The notes: generated by a model from the letters alone, not told the origin. Numbered from the stretch's first letter, positions 27,461 to 36,523 are shown. The stretch is DNA of 64,000 bases from an uncultured Clostridia bacterium (GCA_947588825.1 CANPZU010000008.1:1031-65030), one strand, 5' to 3'. Numbers and translations: made by a program.

Positions 27461-27495
27461 GCCATACTCAGTCAATAAACCGAGTGTGGCCGTTT
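27461..27495 (+). terminator. intrinsic terminator closing the R-M operon
   Basis: GCCATACTC / GAGTGTGGC stem (27461-27490, one G-U pair) followed by CGTTTTATTT. Confidence 0.7.
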
Positions 27496-27656
27496 TATTT
27501 GTTGCACCCCTGTTTGGCAGCTGCTCTTTGTTAGTATAGTTTTGATACTGCTTTATTGAAAGCTGCCTCGGGGCGGCAATCTTTATAATTTTTTAAGATA
27601 ATTTTTGAAGAGGAAAAAAGCAAAGAATATTTTTTAGTGTACGGCAGAGAGTAAAA

Positions 27657-28442
27657 TCACTCTTGGAGGTCTTTTGAATTATCATCGTTTCCCGAAGAGT
27701 CCTTAATAGAAGGTTGTGCATTCTCTTGGGATGGAACTTCTTCCCCGGCGTCGTCAAGAAGGCTGAGAAGAAAGTCGTTGTCCGAAAAGGAGAGAGTGTT
27801 GTATATATTTTTCTCCGCGTAGCCCTTGCAGATTTTATGCCGGCGCATAATGGCGTCGATTATATTCTTTTGAGTTCTTCCGTTCATTATTGGAGCGCTG
27901 CAGAGATTTTGGCAGAAGGGAATGAGCATGTCGCCAGTCATAACATTGTCAGAATAAAGCTCGTCATAGCTTGCATGATCGTCGGAGAGCAGGACTATGT
28001 TGTATATGTTTTGCGAAGGTATGCCCGCCTTCATAAGTATATCGTCGATCTCGGCGGTATAGCGCTTTCCGATCTTTGCGAAGTTTGGGATTTCTTCGGT
28101 GACGCCGTTGTTTGTGACTGTCCAGCTTTCCTCGGGCAAGGTGACGAAAAACCCCTTTTTATCGACTACCGTGATAACGACGACGCCGCCCTTAAGAACT
28201 GCCACAACATCGGCTTTGGGAGGAATATTGTTATCTCCGGCCTTTAGAAGGTATACGCTTCGAAGGACCGCTTTTTTATAGTAAAGCTTCATCAGCGAGT
28301 AAGCGAACCGATAATCGCGCGCGCTGTCTGCGTAAATTGCAAAAAGGCGGGAAAGCTTTCGTATGGCAAAAAACATATATGTAACGGTTGCCGCGGCGAT
28401 GAGCGCGCAGCAAATCAAAAACACTACAGTGGCCGTTTGCAT
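27657..28442 (-). CDS. membrane-anchored NERD-like (nuclease-related domain) protein
   Basis: N-terminal TM helix TATVVFLICCALIAAATVTYMFFAI. ADVVAVLKGGVVVITVVDKKGFF...W...NFAKIGKRYTAEIDDIL follows the NERD pattern (D-x-V...G-V-x-V-I-E/D-x-K). ATG at 28442 with a GAAAGGA RBS is preferred over 28460. Confidence 0.5.
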   Translation of the reverse strand: MQTATVVFLICCALIAAATVTYMFFAIRKLSRLFAIYADSARDYRFAYSLMKLYYKKAVLRSVYLLKAGDNNIPPKADVVAVLKGGVVVITVVDKKGFFVTLPEESWTVTNNGVTEEIPNFAKIGKRYTAEIDDILMKAGIPSQNIYNIVLLSDDHASYDELYSDNVMTGDMLIPFCQNLCSAPIMNGRTQKNIIDAIMRRHKICKGYAEKNIYNTLSFSDNDFLLSLLDDAGEEVPSQENAQPSIKDSSGNDDNSKDLQE

Positions 28443-28574
28443 GAATAAACATCCTTTCAAAACGCGTCATATTTGCCAAGCGGCAGACACACCCGCGTTT
28501 ATTATATTATAAAATAAATTTTCGATTTTGTCAATCGGTTTGTAAATAATGCGACAAAATGTGTGTAAATGTGA

Positions 28575-28603
28575 TTGAAAGAAAAAGCGAAACGTGATAT
28601 AAT
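28575..28603 (+). promoter_or_regulatory. sigma-A type promoter
   Basis: TTGAAA (28575-28580), 17-nt spacer ending in TGa, TATAAT (28598-28603). Confidence 0.65.
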
Positions 28604-28644
28604 ACAAATAAGACTGTTCGATTAAATTCAGTGAGGAAAAAACA

Positions 28645-29637
28645 ATGGATCCCGAACAAAAAAGCACAAGGGCAAATAAAAATAAAGAGACAAAAAAGAA
28701 GATATTGATTTTTTTCATCATACTTGTGGCGGCAATCGTCATTCTCCCGATAATAAACATGATCGATTTTGATGCGATCCTGCAAAAAGACGAGGACGAA
28801 AAAGAACCCGAGGTCACCACTGTGACTCTCGGACGTCATCACTTTACAGAGCCCGATTATGAAGAGGACATCATGCAGGATGAGAGATACCTTGAAAAAA
28901 ACAGACGCCTTTATTACACTTATGAAAACGAGACCTTTGAAATAAACGGCGACGCCGCGTCTCACGGATCGATTTGCGTTTTTCTTGACGAGTATTTCAG
29001 CGCGGTTATTTCCGGCGACTGCGACAAGTACAACTCTATGTTTACAGACGAGTATATTGAAAAATACGGGGAAAAAAGCTTTACTCGGCAAAAGCTGTAT
29101 AATATAAATGCGGAATGTCTGCGTTCGGAGTATCTTGCAAACGGAGACGCAAACGGAAAGTATAAGGGTTACTATGTATACTTTTTTGAAGTGACATATA
29201 ACATACTTGACAATAACGGTACGTTCAGAAACGATTTTTTAGGCGATGAGGGTGTCAGTCCGGTCATTTTTGAGATAATCGACGGAAACAACGAGATAAA
29301 GATAAGCGGCATAAGCGTTTACTCAAGCGGCAGCGAAGCGCCGACTCCCACAAACCCGGGCGCGATATTTGCGATAATTTTTGCCGTTCTTCTTTTACTG
29401 TTTCTTCTTTTTGAGGTGATTACAAGGCGCTGCGTTTCCATTTGTTTTGCTTTAGGCTGCGTCGTGGGCGCGATTTTGTCCATTATTAGGCGTCCTATCG
29501 GAACGGCGATCGTTTCTTCATTGCTTGTCGCTCTTTGTCTACTGCTGCTCAGATTTACGGTTTTAAAAAAATTTATAAAAAAATACACGCACTCTGCGAA
29601 AAAACAAAGTAATTCTGTTAATATAAATAGAACATAA
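28645..29637 (+). CDS. hypothetical membrane protein (N-terminal TM, extracytoplasmic domain, C-terminal TM helices)
   Basis: Hydrophobic segments ILIFFIILVAAIVILPII and, at the C-terminus, AIFAIIFAVLLLLFLLF and IVSSLLVALCLLLL. GAGGAAA RBS. Confidence 0.6.
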   Translation: MDPEQKSTRANKNKETKKKILIFFIILVAAIVILPIINMIDFDAILQKDEDEKEPEVTTVTLGRHHFTEPDYEEDIMQDERYLEKNRRLYYTYENETFEINGDAASHGSICVFLDEYFSAVISGDCDKYNSMFTDEYIEKYGEKSFTRQKLYNINAECLRSEYLANGDANGKYKGYYVYFFEVTYNILDNNGTFRNDFLGDEGVSPVIFEIIDGNNEIKISGISVYSSGSEAPTPTNPGAIFAIIFAVLLLLFLLFEVITRRCVSICFALGCVVGAILSIIRRPIGTAIVSSLLVALCLLLLRFTVLKKFIKKYTHSAKKQSNSVNINRT

Positions 29638-29681
29638 AACTAATTCAGATCTTTCAGATCTTAAGAAAGGAGATGCGATTT

Positions 29682-30113
29682 ATGTTCGCTATGATTGTTT
29701 TTTGGACGCTGATAATCCTTTTAAGTCTTTATATCGAGGCGAACACAGCCGCGCTTGTAAGCATATGGTTTGTTCCCGCGGGAATAGTTTCGCTTATAAT
29801 GGCGATATTCAAAGTCGAAGTGCTTTGGCAGCTTGTGGCTTTTGCGGCCTTGTCCGCTTTGTTTTTGCTGATTTCGCTGACGGTTTTCAGAAAATATCGC
29901 AAAAGACGCAGCATCCTTCCAAACAACGTCGACAGGCTTAAGGGAATGAATGCCGTGGTAGTGAAGAGAATAAACGGCGCCGAAGGCACGGGCGAAGTTA
30001 AGGTTGACGGCAAATACTGGAGGGCGGCCATGGTTGATAAAAGCGACGCGGAAGAAGGCGAAGTGCTGAAGGTCGATCATGTGGAAAGCACGCGAGTGTT
30101 TTGCGAGCGCTGA
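29682..30113 (+). CDS. NfeD-family membrane protein
   Basis: Three N-terminal TM helices plus a C-terminal OB-like tail GTGEVKVDGKYWRAAMVDKSDAEEGEVLKVDHVES. It lies directly upstream of an SPFH gene. The second ATG (29682) has better SD spacing than 29673. Confidence 0.75.
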   Translation: MFAMIVFWTLIILLSLYIEANTAALVSIWFVPAGIVSLIMAIFKVEVLWQLVAFAALSALFLLISLTVFRKYRKRRSILPNNVDRLKGMNAVVVKRINGAEGTGEVKVDGKYWRAAMVDKSDAEEGEVLKVDHVESTRVFCER

Positions 30114-30175
30114 TAGGGAGCGCAGGACCTGCATACGTAAATTTTTTTAAATATTTTAAATAAGGAGACTTAAAA

Positions 30176-31156
30176 ATGAAATTCACACCTTTAATATTTG
30201 CTGCAATGACGCCGACCGATTGGGGAATCATCGCCTTTGTCGTGTTTGTACTTGCCTTGATAATCGTTGTTATAAGCCGCATCAGGATTGTTCCTCAGGG
30301 ACGTGCGGTGGTTGTTCAAAGGATGGGTAAATACTGCAAGACATGGGAAACCGGCCCGCACTTTCTCATTCCGTTTATCGATTCGGAAGCAAAAAAAATA
30401 GTGCTTATGGAGCAAGTGGCGGACTTTCCGCCTCAGCCTGTCATCACCAAGGACAATGTCAAAATGCAGATAGACACGGTCGTGTTCTATCAGATTACCG
30501 ACTGCAAGCTTTATGCGTACGGTCACGCGAATCCCATGGCGGCAATAGAAAACCTCACCGCGACCACACTCCGTAATATAATCGGTGAAATGGAGCTTGA
30601 CGCCACCCTAACGTCGCGCGATGTAATAAATACCAACATGCGTTCCATACTCGACGAGGCGACCGACCCTTGGGGGATAAAAGTTAACCGCGTGGAGCTT
30701 AAAAACATAATGCCGCCCAAGGAAATTCAGGACGCCATGGAAAAACAGATGAAGGCCGAGCGTGAGCGCCGTGAAGCCATCCTTCGTGCGGAGGGCGAAA
30801 AGAAATCGGCGGTTCTGCTCGCAGAAGGACGCAAGGAAGCTCAGATACTTGACGCGCAGGCGAGCAAACAGGCTGAGATACTCAGAGCCGAGGCTGTCAA
30901 GGAAGCTAAAATTCGGGAGGCTGAAGGTGAAGCCGAAGCCATTCTCAAGATACAAAAGGCGACCGCCGACGGTATCAGAATGATAAACGAGTCAAATCCT
31001 TCTACCGCCGTTCTGAGCATAAAGTCTCTTGAGGCTTTGGAAAAGGTCTCCGACGGCAAATCGACAAAGATCATTATTCCCTCGCAGATACAGGGACTTG
31101 CGGGTCTTGCCGCATCGGCCGCCGAGCTGTTTGAAAAGACGGAAGAAAGCAAGTAA
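30176..31156 (+). CDS. SPFH/band-7 (stomatin/slipin-like) protein
   Basis: N-terminal TM helix, then RIVPQGRAVVVQRMGKYCKT...PQPVITKDNVKMQIDTVVFYQI...VELKNIMPPKEIQDAMEKQMKAERERR is a canonical SPFH domain with an Ala/Glu-rich coiled coil. Confidence 0.9.
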   Translation: MKFTPLIFAAMTPTDWGIIAFVVFVLALIIVVISRIRIVPQGRAVVVQRMGKYCKTWETGPHFLIPFIDSEAKKIVLMEQVADFPPQPVITKDNVKMQIDTVVFYQITDCKLYAYGHANPMAAIENLTATTLRNIIGEMELDATLTSRDVINTNMRSILDEATDPWGIKVNRVELKNIMPPKEIQDAMEKQMKAERERREAILRAEGEKKSAVLLAEGRKEAQILDAQASKQAEILRAEAVKEAKIREAEGEAEAILKIQKATADGIRMINESNPSTAVLSIKSLEALEKVSDGKSTKIIIPSQIQGLAGLAASAAELFEKTEESK

Positions 31157-31324
31157 ATAAAATAAGGACGGCTTTGACCGTTCCTTATAAATAAAACTAA
31201 AACTAAAACGTAAAACGCCTTTGCGGCCGAGAAGATAAAATATACGCGCCGTAAGCTCAAACGTTTAAAAAGCAACAAAAAAATTAAAGGCGTCGGTCCT
31301 CCGGCGCCTTATAATATAAATCTT

Positions 31325-31353
31325 TGCGCCCTGTTATGCGGGCGCACCTTTTT
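31325..31353 (+). terminator. intrinsic terminator (one of several hairpins in 31165-31353)
   Basis: TGCGCCC / GGGCGCA stem followed by CCTTTTTG. Additional hairpins lie at about 31165-31190 and 31287-31312. Confidence 0.7.
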
Positions 31354-31429
31354 GATTACGAATAAGGGCAAAGCTTTTTAAAACTTTTCAAAAATTCAAA
31401 AATCAGAAAGAAAAAATGCAAAAAAGCTA

Positions 31430-31459
31430 TTGACAAACAGCAAAGCTTTGTTGTATAAT
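31430..31459 (+). promoter_or_regulatory. sigma-A type promoter upstream of rpmG-secE-nusG
   Basis: TTGACA (31430-31435), 18-nt spacer, TATAAT (31454-31459). Confidence 0.65.
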
Positions 31460-31598
31460 AACAGTACCTCTGCGGAGAGGTTTTTTTGTTGTGCTCAAAT
31501 ATGTCGGGAAGCGAGTGCCGTTTTCATCTTCGCGTTGAGGGAGGTAAAATCTTTCAGGGGATGCGTTTGCGTCTCAAATATTTCAGGAGGTGCCGAAA

Positions 31599-31748
31599 GT
31601 GAGAGTTAAAATCACATTGGTTTGCAGTGAGTGCAAACAAAGAAACTACAATACTAAGAAGAACAAGAAAAACGATCCCGACAGACTTGAAATGAATAAG
31701 TATTGCCGTTTCTGCAGGAAACACACTCTGCATAAGGAATCAAGGTAA
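31599..31748 (+). CDS. rpmG: 50S ribosomal protein L33
   Basis: Not in the ORF track (49 aa). GTG start 8 nt after AGGAGG. Reads [49 protein letters not shown] with CxxC...CxxC. It sits in the classic position before secE. Confidence 0.9.
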   Translation: MRVKITLVCSECKQRNYNTKKNKKNDPDRLEMNKYCRFCRKHTLHKESR

Positions 31749-31758
31749 GGAGGAAGCT

Positions 31759-32058
31759 ATGGCGGAAGAGACAAAAAACACCGAGGAACTTGAACAGACC
31801 TCTGCGCCATCGGACAGCAAAGCAGCAAAAAAGCGTGCCAAGGCGAAGAAGGAAAAGAAAGCAAAAAGCCATAAAGTTTCATCGTATATCAAAGACCTTA
31901 AGAGTGAACTTCATAAGATTACGTGGTATTCAAGAAAGGATACCGTAAAAAGCACCATACTTGTTTGCGTTATTATGGTGGTTTTCGCTGCTGTCATCGC
32001 TCTTGTTGACTATCTGTTCGGAAGCGGTATCGCGCTTCTCGGAGATCTGTTTAACTGA
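31759..32058 (+). CDS. secE: preprotein translocase subunit SecE
   Basis: Lys-rich N-terminal extension, then SYIKDLKSELHKITWYSRKDTVKSTILVCVIMVVFAAVIALVD (conserved KV-x-WP-type segment plus a single TM). Lies between rpmG and nusG. Confidence 0.85.
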   Translation: MAEETKNTEELEQTSAPSDSKAAKKRAKAKKEKKAKSHKVSSYIKDLKSELHKITWYSRKDTVKSTILVCVIMVVFAAVIALVDYLFGSGIALLGDLFN

Positions 32059-32084
32059 CTCTAAGCAAAAAAAGGTGAGCAGAT

Positions 32085-32654
32085 ATGGAATCAAACAACT
32101 ACATTGACGGAGTGAAATGGTATGTTATACACACATACTCCGGATATGAAAACAAGGTAAAAACCAATCTCGAAAAAATAGTGGACAACCGTTCGCTCCA
32201 GAATCTGATACTTGATATCAGGATCCCGACTGAAACAATAATCGAAGGCGAGGGCGAGTCCGCCAAAAAAGTCGAAAGCAAAATATTCCCAAGCTATGTA
32301 ATAATCAAGATGGTCATGTCCGATTTTACATGGCACATTATCCGCAACATCACCGGAGTCACCGGCTTTGTGGGTCCCGGATCGGCCCCCACTCCCCTGA
32401 CGCCGACCGAGGTTGAAGAGCTTGGACTTGAGTCTTCCGATGAGGAATCGTCTCAGGCAAAAGTCAGCGCGCTTGCGCTTGACTACAAGGTGGGAGACAG
32501 CGTAAGGGTCAAGAGCGGCGTGTTTACCGGATATGTGGGAAGAGTCGACTCTATATCCGAAGACGGTAAGAGCGTTACCGTCATGGTATCGATGTTCGGG
32601 CGCGAAACTCCGGCACAGTTGGATTCGACCGACGTCGAAATACTTGAAATTTGA
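32085..32654 (+). CDS. nusG: transcription termination/antitermination factor NusG
   Basis: WYVIHTYSGYENKVKTNLE NGN domain. C-terminal KOW region GDSVRVKSGVFTGYVGRVDSISEDGKSVTVMVSMFGRETP. Confidence 0.93.
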   Translation: MESNNYIDGVKWYVIHTYSGYENKVKTNLEKIVDNRSLQNLILDIRIPTETIIEGEGESAKKVESKIFPSYVIIKMVMSDFTWHIIRNITGVTGFVGPGSAPTPLTPTEVEELGLESSDEESSQAKVSALALDYKVGDSVRVKSGVFTGYVGRVDSISEDGKSVTVMVSMFGRETPAQLDSTDVEILEI

Positions 32655-32748
32655 TTGTTTTTGGCGTTTTAAAGTATAAAAACGCAAAGTGGGAGGAAGA
32701 AAATCTTTAATCTTCCGCATTATCAACCACAATGGAGGTATTTTTACT

Positions 32749-33174
32749 ATGGCAAAGAAAATTACAGGCTATATCAAACTTCAGCTGCCGGCAGGAAAGG
32801 CGCTTCCCGGACCTCCTGTAGGTCCCGCGCTCGGTCAGCACGGCGTTTCGATCCCCAATTTCACAAAGGAATTCAATGAGAAAACCAAATCTCAGATAGG
32901 TCTCATCGTTCCCGTTGTTATCACGGTTTACGCGGACCATTCATTCACCTTTATTGTCAAAACTCCCCCTGTGGCAGTGCTTATCAAGAAGGCCTGCGGC
33001 ATAGAGACAGGCTCCGCAACCCCCAACAAGACAAAGGTTGCAACCCTGACAAAGGCTCAGGTCACAGAGATCGCCACGACCAAAATGCCCGATCTTAACG
33101 CGGCCTCGATTGAAGCTGCCGAAAGCATGGTCAGAGGTACGGCTCGCAGCATGGGTATCACCGTTGAGGAATAA
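32749..33174 (+). CDS. rplK: 50S ribosomal protein L11
   Basis: [43 protein letters not shown]. Start moved to the ATG at 32749 (GGAGG upstream). Confidence 0.95.
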   Translation: MAKKITGYIKLQLPAGKALPGPPVGPALGQHGVSIPNFTKEFNEKTKSQIGLIVPVVITVYADHSFTFIVKTPPVAVLIKKACGIETGSATPNKTKVATLTKAQVTEIATTKMPDLNAASIEAAESMVRGTARSMGITVEE

Positions 33175-33191
33175 AAGGAGGAACTTGACAG

Positions 33192-33887
33192 ATGTCTACT
33201 AAAGGAAAAATATATAAAGACAGCGTAAAGCTCATTGAAAAAACAAAGCTTTATGATACAAGCGAAGCTCTTGATCTTGTATGCAAGACCGCAAAGGCAA
33301 AATTTGATGAGACGATAGAGGTTCATGTGCGTCTCGGAGTCGACTCTCGTCATGCGGATCAACAGGTCAGAGGAGCGGTCGTTCTTCCCAACGGAACAGG
33401 TAAGAAGGTTCGCGTTCTTGCCCTTGTGCGTCCCGAAAATGTCGACACCGCTATTTCGGCGGGCGCCGATTATGCCGGAGCGGAGGAGTATGTCGACAAG
33501 ATCCTCAAGGAGAACTGGTTTGAATTTGACGTTATAGTCACAACTCCCAATATGATGGGTCTTGTAGGACGTCTCGGAAGAGTATTGGGCCCCAAGGGAC
33601 TTATGCCTAACCCAAAGGCGGGAACCGTTACTCCCGACGTTGCCAAGGCCGTTACCGAGGCCAAGGCCGGTAAGATAGAGTACCGTCTTGACAAGACCAA
33701 CATAATCCACTGCCCGATAGGAAAGGCGTCTTTTGGCGCCGAAAAGCTTGCCGAAAACTTTGACGCTCTTCTCGGAGCGATCATAAAAGCAAGACCTGCC
33801 GCTGCAAAGGGACAGTACATCAAATCGTGCGTTCTTGCGTCCACGATGGGCCCCGGCATCAAGGTCAACTATACAAAGCTCGGCTAA
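33192..33887 (+). CDS. rplA: 50S ribosomal protein L1
   Basis: [34 protein letters not shown]...[15 protein letters not shown] is canonical L1. Confidence 0.95.
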   Translation: MSTKGKIYKDSVKLIEKTKLYDTSEALDLVCKTAKAKFDETIEVHVRLGVDSRHADQQVRGAVVLPNGTGKKVRVLALVRPENVDTAISAGADYAGAEEYVDKILKENWFEFDVIVTTPNMMGLVGRLGRVLGPKGLMPNPKAGTVTPDVAKAVTEAKAGKIEYRLDKTNIIHCPIGKASFGAEKLAENFDALLGAIIKARPAAAKGQYIKSCVLASTMGPGIKVNYTKLG

Positions 33888-33943
33888 TAATGCCGGATGG
33901 GAATATCGCATACTTCCCGCTTTATGGCGCGGAATATATGCGC

Positions 33944-33984
33944 TGCAAAATGTCGAGAAAGCTTTCTCGGCATTTTGCATTTTA
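33944..33984 (+). terminator. strong intrinsic terminator after rplA
   Basis: 16-bp stem TGCAAAATGTCGAGAA / TTCTCGGCATTTTGCA followed by TTTT. Confidence 0.85.
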
Positions 33985-34028
33985 ACAAGTCGAAATTTTT
34001 GAAATTGCATTAAAGGGGCGCGTATATT

Positions 34029-34886
34029 GTGGATAAAAAGAAAATCATGCCAAAGCTGCTTGACGCACTGACAGTTTACGCATCGTCGCTTATCATAGCC
34101 GCTGCGGTGGGCAATTTTGGGTACAGGATACTTGGAATATGGGCAATATACCTTTCGCGCTTTCTCGTCATTGCCGCTGTTTTTGCTGTGGCGATTAAAA
34201 CGCATCTCAAGACGCGTGCTTTTTTGAAATTCAACATGCCGGGCGCGCGCGAGTTTTTAGGCAGCGGTATGGTTTACGGCGGCGCGCTTTTGCTTGCCTT
34301 TCCGCTGCTGCTGCTCGTGCAGATAATAGTGCCCGATTTTGCCGTGACTTGTTTTCATATTACAGAAGCCGTTAAGGGACATTCGTTTTGGTATCTGCAT
34401 ATAATACTTGTAATAGTTATAACGGGTATCAGCGAAGCTGTACTATTTGACGGATATCTCTATTCAAGGATCAAAGACCTTGGCACCATCATAAAGGTCG
34501 CCGCTCTTCTTGGCGCCGGATACGCGCTTTATCAGCTCGATCTTTACACACTTTTTTCGCTGTTTGTCGTAGAATTTGCTATTGTTTACATCAGGAGCAG
34601 AAGCGGCGGTATGACCATACCGATATCTCTTCACCTTCTGAGCGCGGTCTTGGCTTTTGCGGTTCGCGACTTTGCAAACGATACGAGCGAACTGCTCGGA
34701 GCGCGTATGGGCGCGTTTTCGGTTATCGGCATGGCGTTGATATTTGTAGGAGCGGCGCTGCCCGTAACAGCGATTGGCATGAGGCTTTTAGGAGATTTTA
34801 AAGGCCGGCCTCTTTATGAAAAGGCCATACTTCTTTTTACGGCATTTATATTTATTGCGGTCGGATATGCAATGTCGCATGTCTGA
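34029..34886 (+). CDS. polytopic membrane protein, CPBP (CAAX protease)-like with degenerate motifs
   Basis: About 8 hydrophobic helices. SEAVLFDGYLYSR sits where CPBP proteins carry EExxxR. A later SLHLLSAVLAF segment is present. The start is GTG 34029 or ATG 34047. Confidence 0.5.
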   Translation: MDKKKIMPKLLDALTVYASSLIIAAAVGNFGYRILGIWAIYLSRFLVIAAVFAVAIKTHLKTRAFLKFNMPGAREFLGSGMVYGGALLLAFPLLLLVQIIVPDFAVTCFHITEAVKGHSFWYLHIILVIVITGISEAVLFDGYLYSRIKDLGTIIKVAALLGAGYALYQLDLYTLFSLFVVEFAIVYIRSRSGGMTIPISLHLLSAVLAFAVRDFANDTSELLGARMGAFSVIGMALIFVGAALPVTAIGMRLLGDFKGRPLYEKAILLFTAFIFIAVGYAMSHV

Positions 34887-34919
34887 ACGTCTATAGTCTA
34901 TATTGGAAAGGGTTATATT

Positions 34920-36371
34920 ATGGAATTTGCAGCGTCCGAATATGAAATAAAAAAGGTTCTCAATTATTTTGAAAGACTGTGCGCCATACCTCACGGCTCA
35001 GGCAATGAGGAGCAGGCGGCAAACATGCTGTGCGAATTTGCAAAAGAGCATTCGCTTGAATATTACAAAGACGAATATAACAATGTTTTGATAAAGAAGG
35101 ATGGCAGCATAGGGCGCGAGGGGGAACCTTCACTTATGCTTCAGGGTCATATCGACATGGTGTGCGAGAAGAATAAGGACACCGTTCACGATTTTTCACG
35201 AGATCCTTTATCGCTTTATGTCAGCGACGGGCTGCTCAGAGCGAAGGGCACCACCTTGGGCGGGGACGACGGCATTGCCGTTGCGTATATGATGGCATTT
35301 CTTGAAGACGAAACGCTCTCCCATCCTCCCCTTGAATGTCTTTTCACCTCCGGAGAGGAAACGGGTATGCTCGGCGCTATGAATTTTGACTATTCAAAGG
35401 TGTCCTCACGTCGCATAATCAACATGGATTCCGAGGAAGAGGGAAAGGTCACAATGTCCTGCGCGGGAGCGGCGGACCTTTTACTTGAAAAAAGTTTTGA
35501 ACGTATAGGCTCGAAGGGCCGCGCCCTTAAAATAAGCGTTACCGGGCTTGCGGGCGGTCATTCGGGCACAGAGATAAACGAAAACAGATCGAACGCCATA
35601 CGTATTATGGGAAGACTGCTTGCAAGGCTTTATTCAGATACGCCGTTCAATTTGTGCGCGGTTAACGGAGGAAACAAGAGAAACGCCATCCCGCGCGAGT
35701 GCGAAGCGCAAATATACGTGCTCGATTCGGATAAGGCGATAAGGATAGTGCAGGAGGAGAGCGAAAAGATAAGGGGCGAGATTTCAAAAGCGGATAAAGG
35801 CATGAAAATAAGATGCCAAAAGGGCGATACCGATTTTCCGGCGCTGACATACAAGGACAGCTCCGCCGTAATAAATGTTATGACTCTCTCTCCGAATGGG
35901 GTGATTTCAATGTCGCCCGACAGTTTGGGACTTGTAAGATGCTCTTCCAACCTCGGCAGGATAAGTACAAGTGAAAACAAAATCGTTGCAGAAGTCATGG
36001 CGCGCTCCTCCTCGGACAGTGAAATGGATGCTTTGATTATCGTCTTTAAAAGACTTTCAAAGCTGCTTGATATGTCTGCGACCCTGTCTGACAGGCATCC
36101 CGGATGGGACTACGATCCCAAATCGCAGCTTGCGGATAAATATGTCACAATTTATGACAGACTTTACGGGTCTGAAGGAAAAAGAGCAGAACGATGCGCT
36201 ATTCATGCCGGCCTTGAATGCGGAATCATAATCGGTGCTCTCGGAGGCGAGACGGACGCGATATCAATAGGTCCGAATATTTATAACATCCACACTCCCG
36301 ACGAAGCGCTCGATCTTGCAAGCGTTAAGCGCACATATGACCTTCTTGTCGCTATGCTTGGCGAGCTGTAA
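34920..36371 (+). CDS. pepD: aminoacyl-histidine dipeptidase (M20 family, PepD)
   Basis: FERLCAIPHGSGNEEQ, LMLQGHIDMVCEKN, TTLGGDDGIAVAYM and FTSGEETGMLGA are PepD/M20C signatures. Confidence 0.88.
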   Translation: MEFAASEYEIKKVLNYFERLCAIPHGSGNEEQAANMLCEFAKEHSLEYYKDEYNNVLIKKDGSIGREGEPSLMLQGHIDMVCEKNKDTVHDFSRDPLSLYVSDGLLRAKGTTLGGDDGIAVAYMMAFLEDETLSHPPLECLFTSGEETGMLGAMNFDYSKVSSRRIINMDSEEEGKVTMSCAGAADLLLEKSFERIGSKGRALKISVTGLAGGHSGTEINENRSNAIRIMGRLLARLYSDTPFNLCAVNGGNKRNAIPRECEAQIYVLDSDKAIRIVQEESEKIRGEISKADKGMKIRCQKGDTDFPALTYKDSSAVINVMTLSPNGVISMSPDSLGLVRCSSNLGRISTSENKIVAEVMARSSSDSEMDALIIVFKRLSKLLDMSATLSDRHPGWDYDPKSQLADKYVTIYDRLYGSEGKRAERCAIHAGLECGIIIGALGGETDAISIGPNIYNIHTPDEALDLASVKRTYDLLVAMLGEL

Positions 36372-36422
36372 ACGCTTGTGAGCGAGCGTGCATCGCTGCG
36401 TCTGATCATTCTATTAAGACTT

Positions 36423-36453
36423 AAGGCGTCCCGTTATCAAGGACGCCTTTTTT
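36423..36453. terminator. intrinsic terminator between convergent genes
   Basis: AAGGCGTCC / GGACGCCTT stem followed by TTTTTG. Confidence 0.8.
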
Positions 36454-36523
36454 GAATTTTTTTCTGAATTTTCGGTCGTTTTTTATTTTTTTATGTTCTG
36501 CCTTGTTCTGTTTACTTATATCC

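Larger units (their letters stand above)
20210..27560. mobile_element. decayed integrative island (serine-recombinase remnant plus Type III R-M operon)
   Basis: A recombinase fragment sits at the left edge. Composition is a mosaic of clearly GC-rich and clearly AT-rich blocks, unlike the flanks. Normal backbone genes lie on both sides. The edges are approximate and no flanking direct repeats were found. Confidence 0.5.

Noticed and set aside
20205-27656. Search for direct repeats (att sites) flanking the R-M island
   Set aside because: By eye I found only 6-7-mers shared between the two junction regions (for example TTGAAAG and GCTCTTT), which is not above chance.
33057-34205. 382-aa minus-strand ORF spanning rplK, rplA and the next gene
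   Set aside because: It is antisense to universally conserved ribosomal protein genes and crosses a strong terminator.
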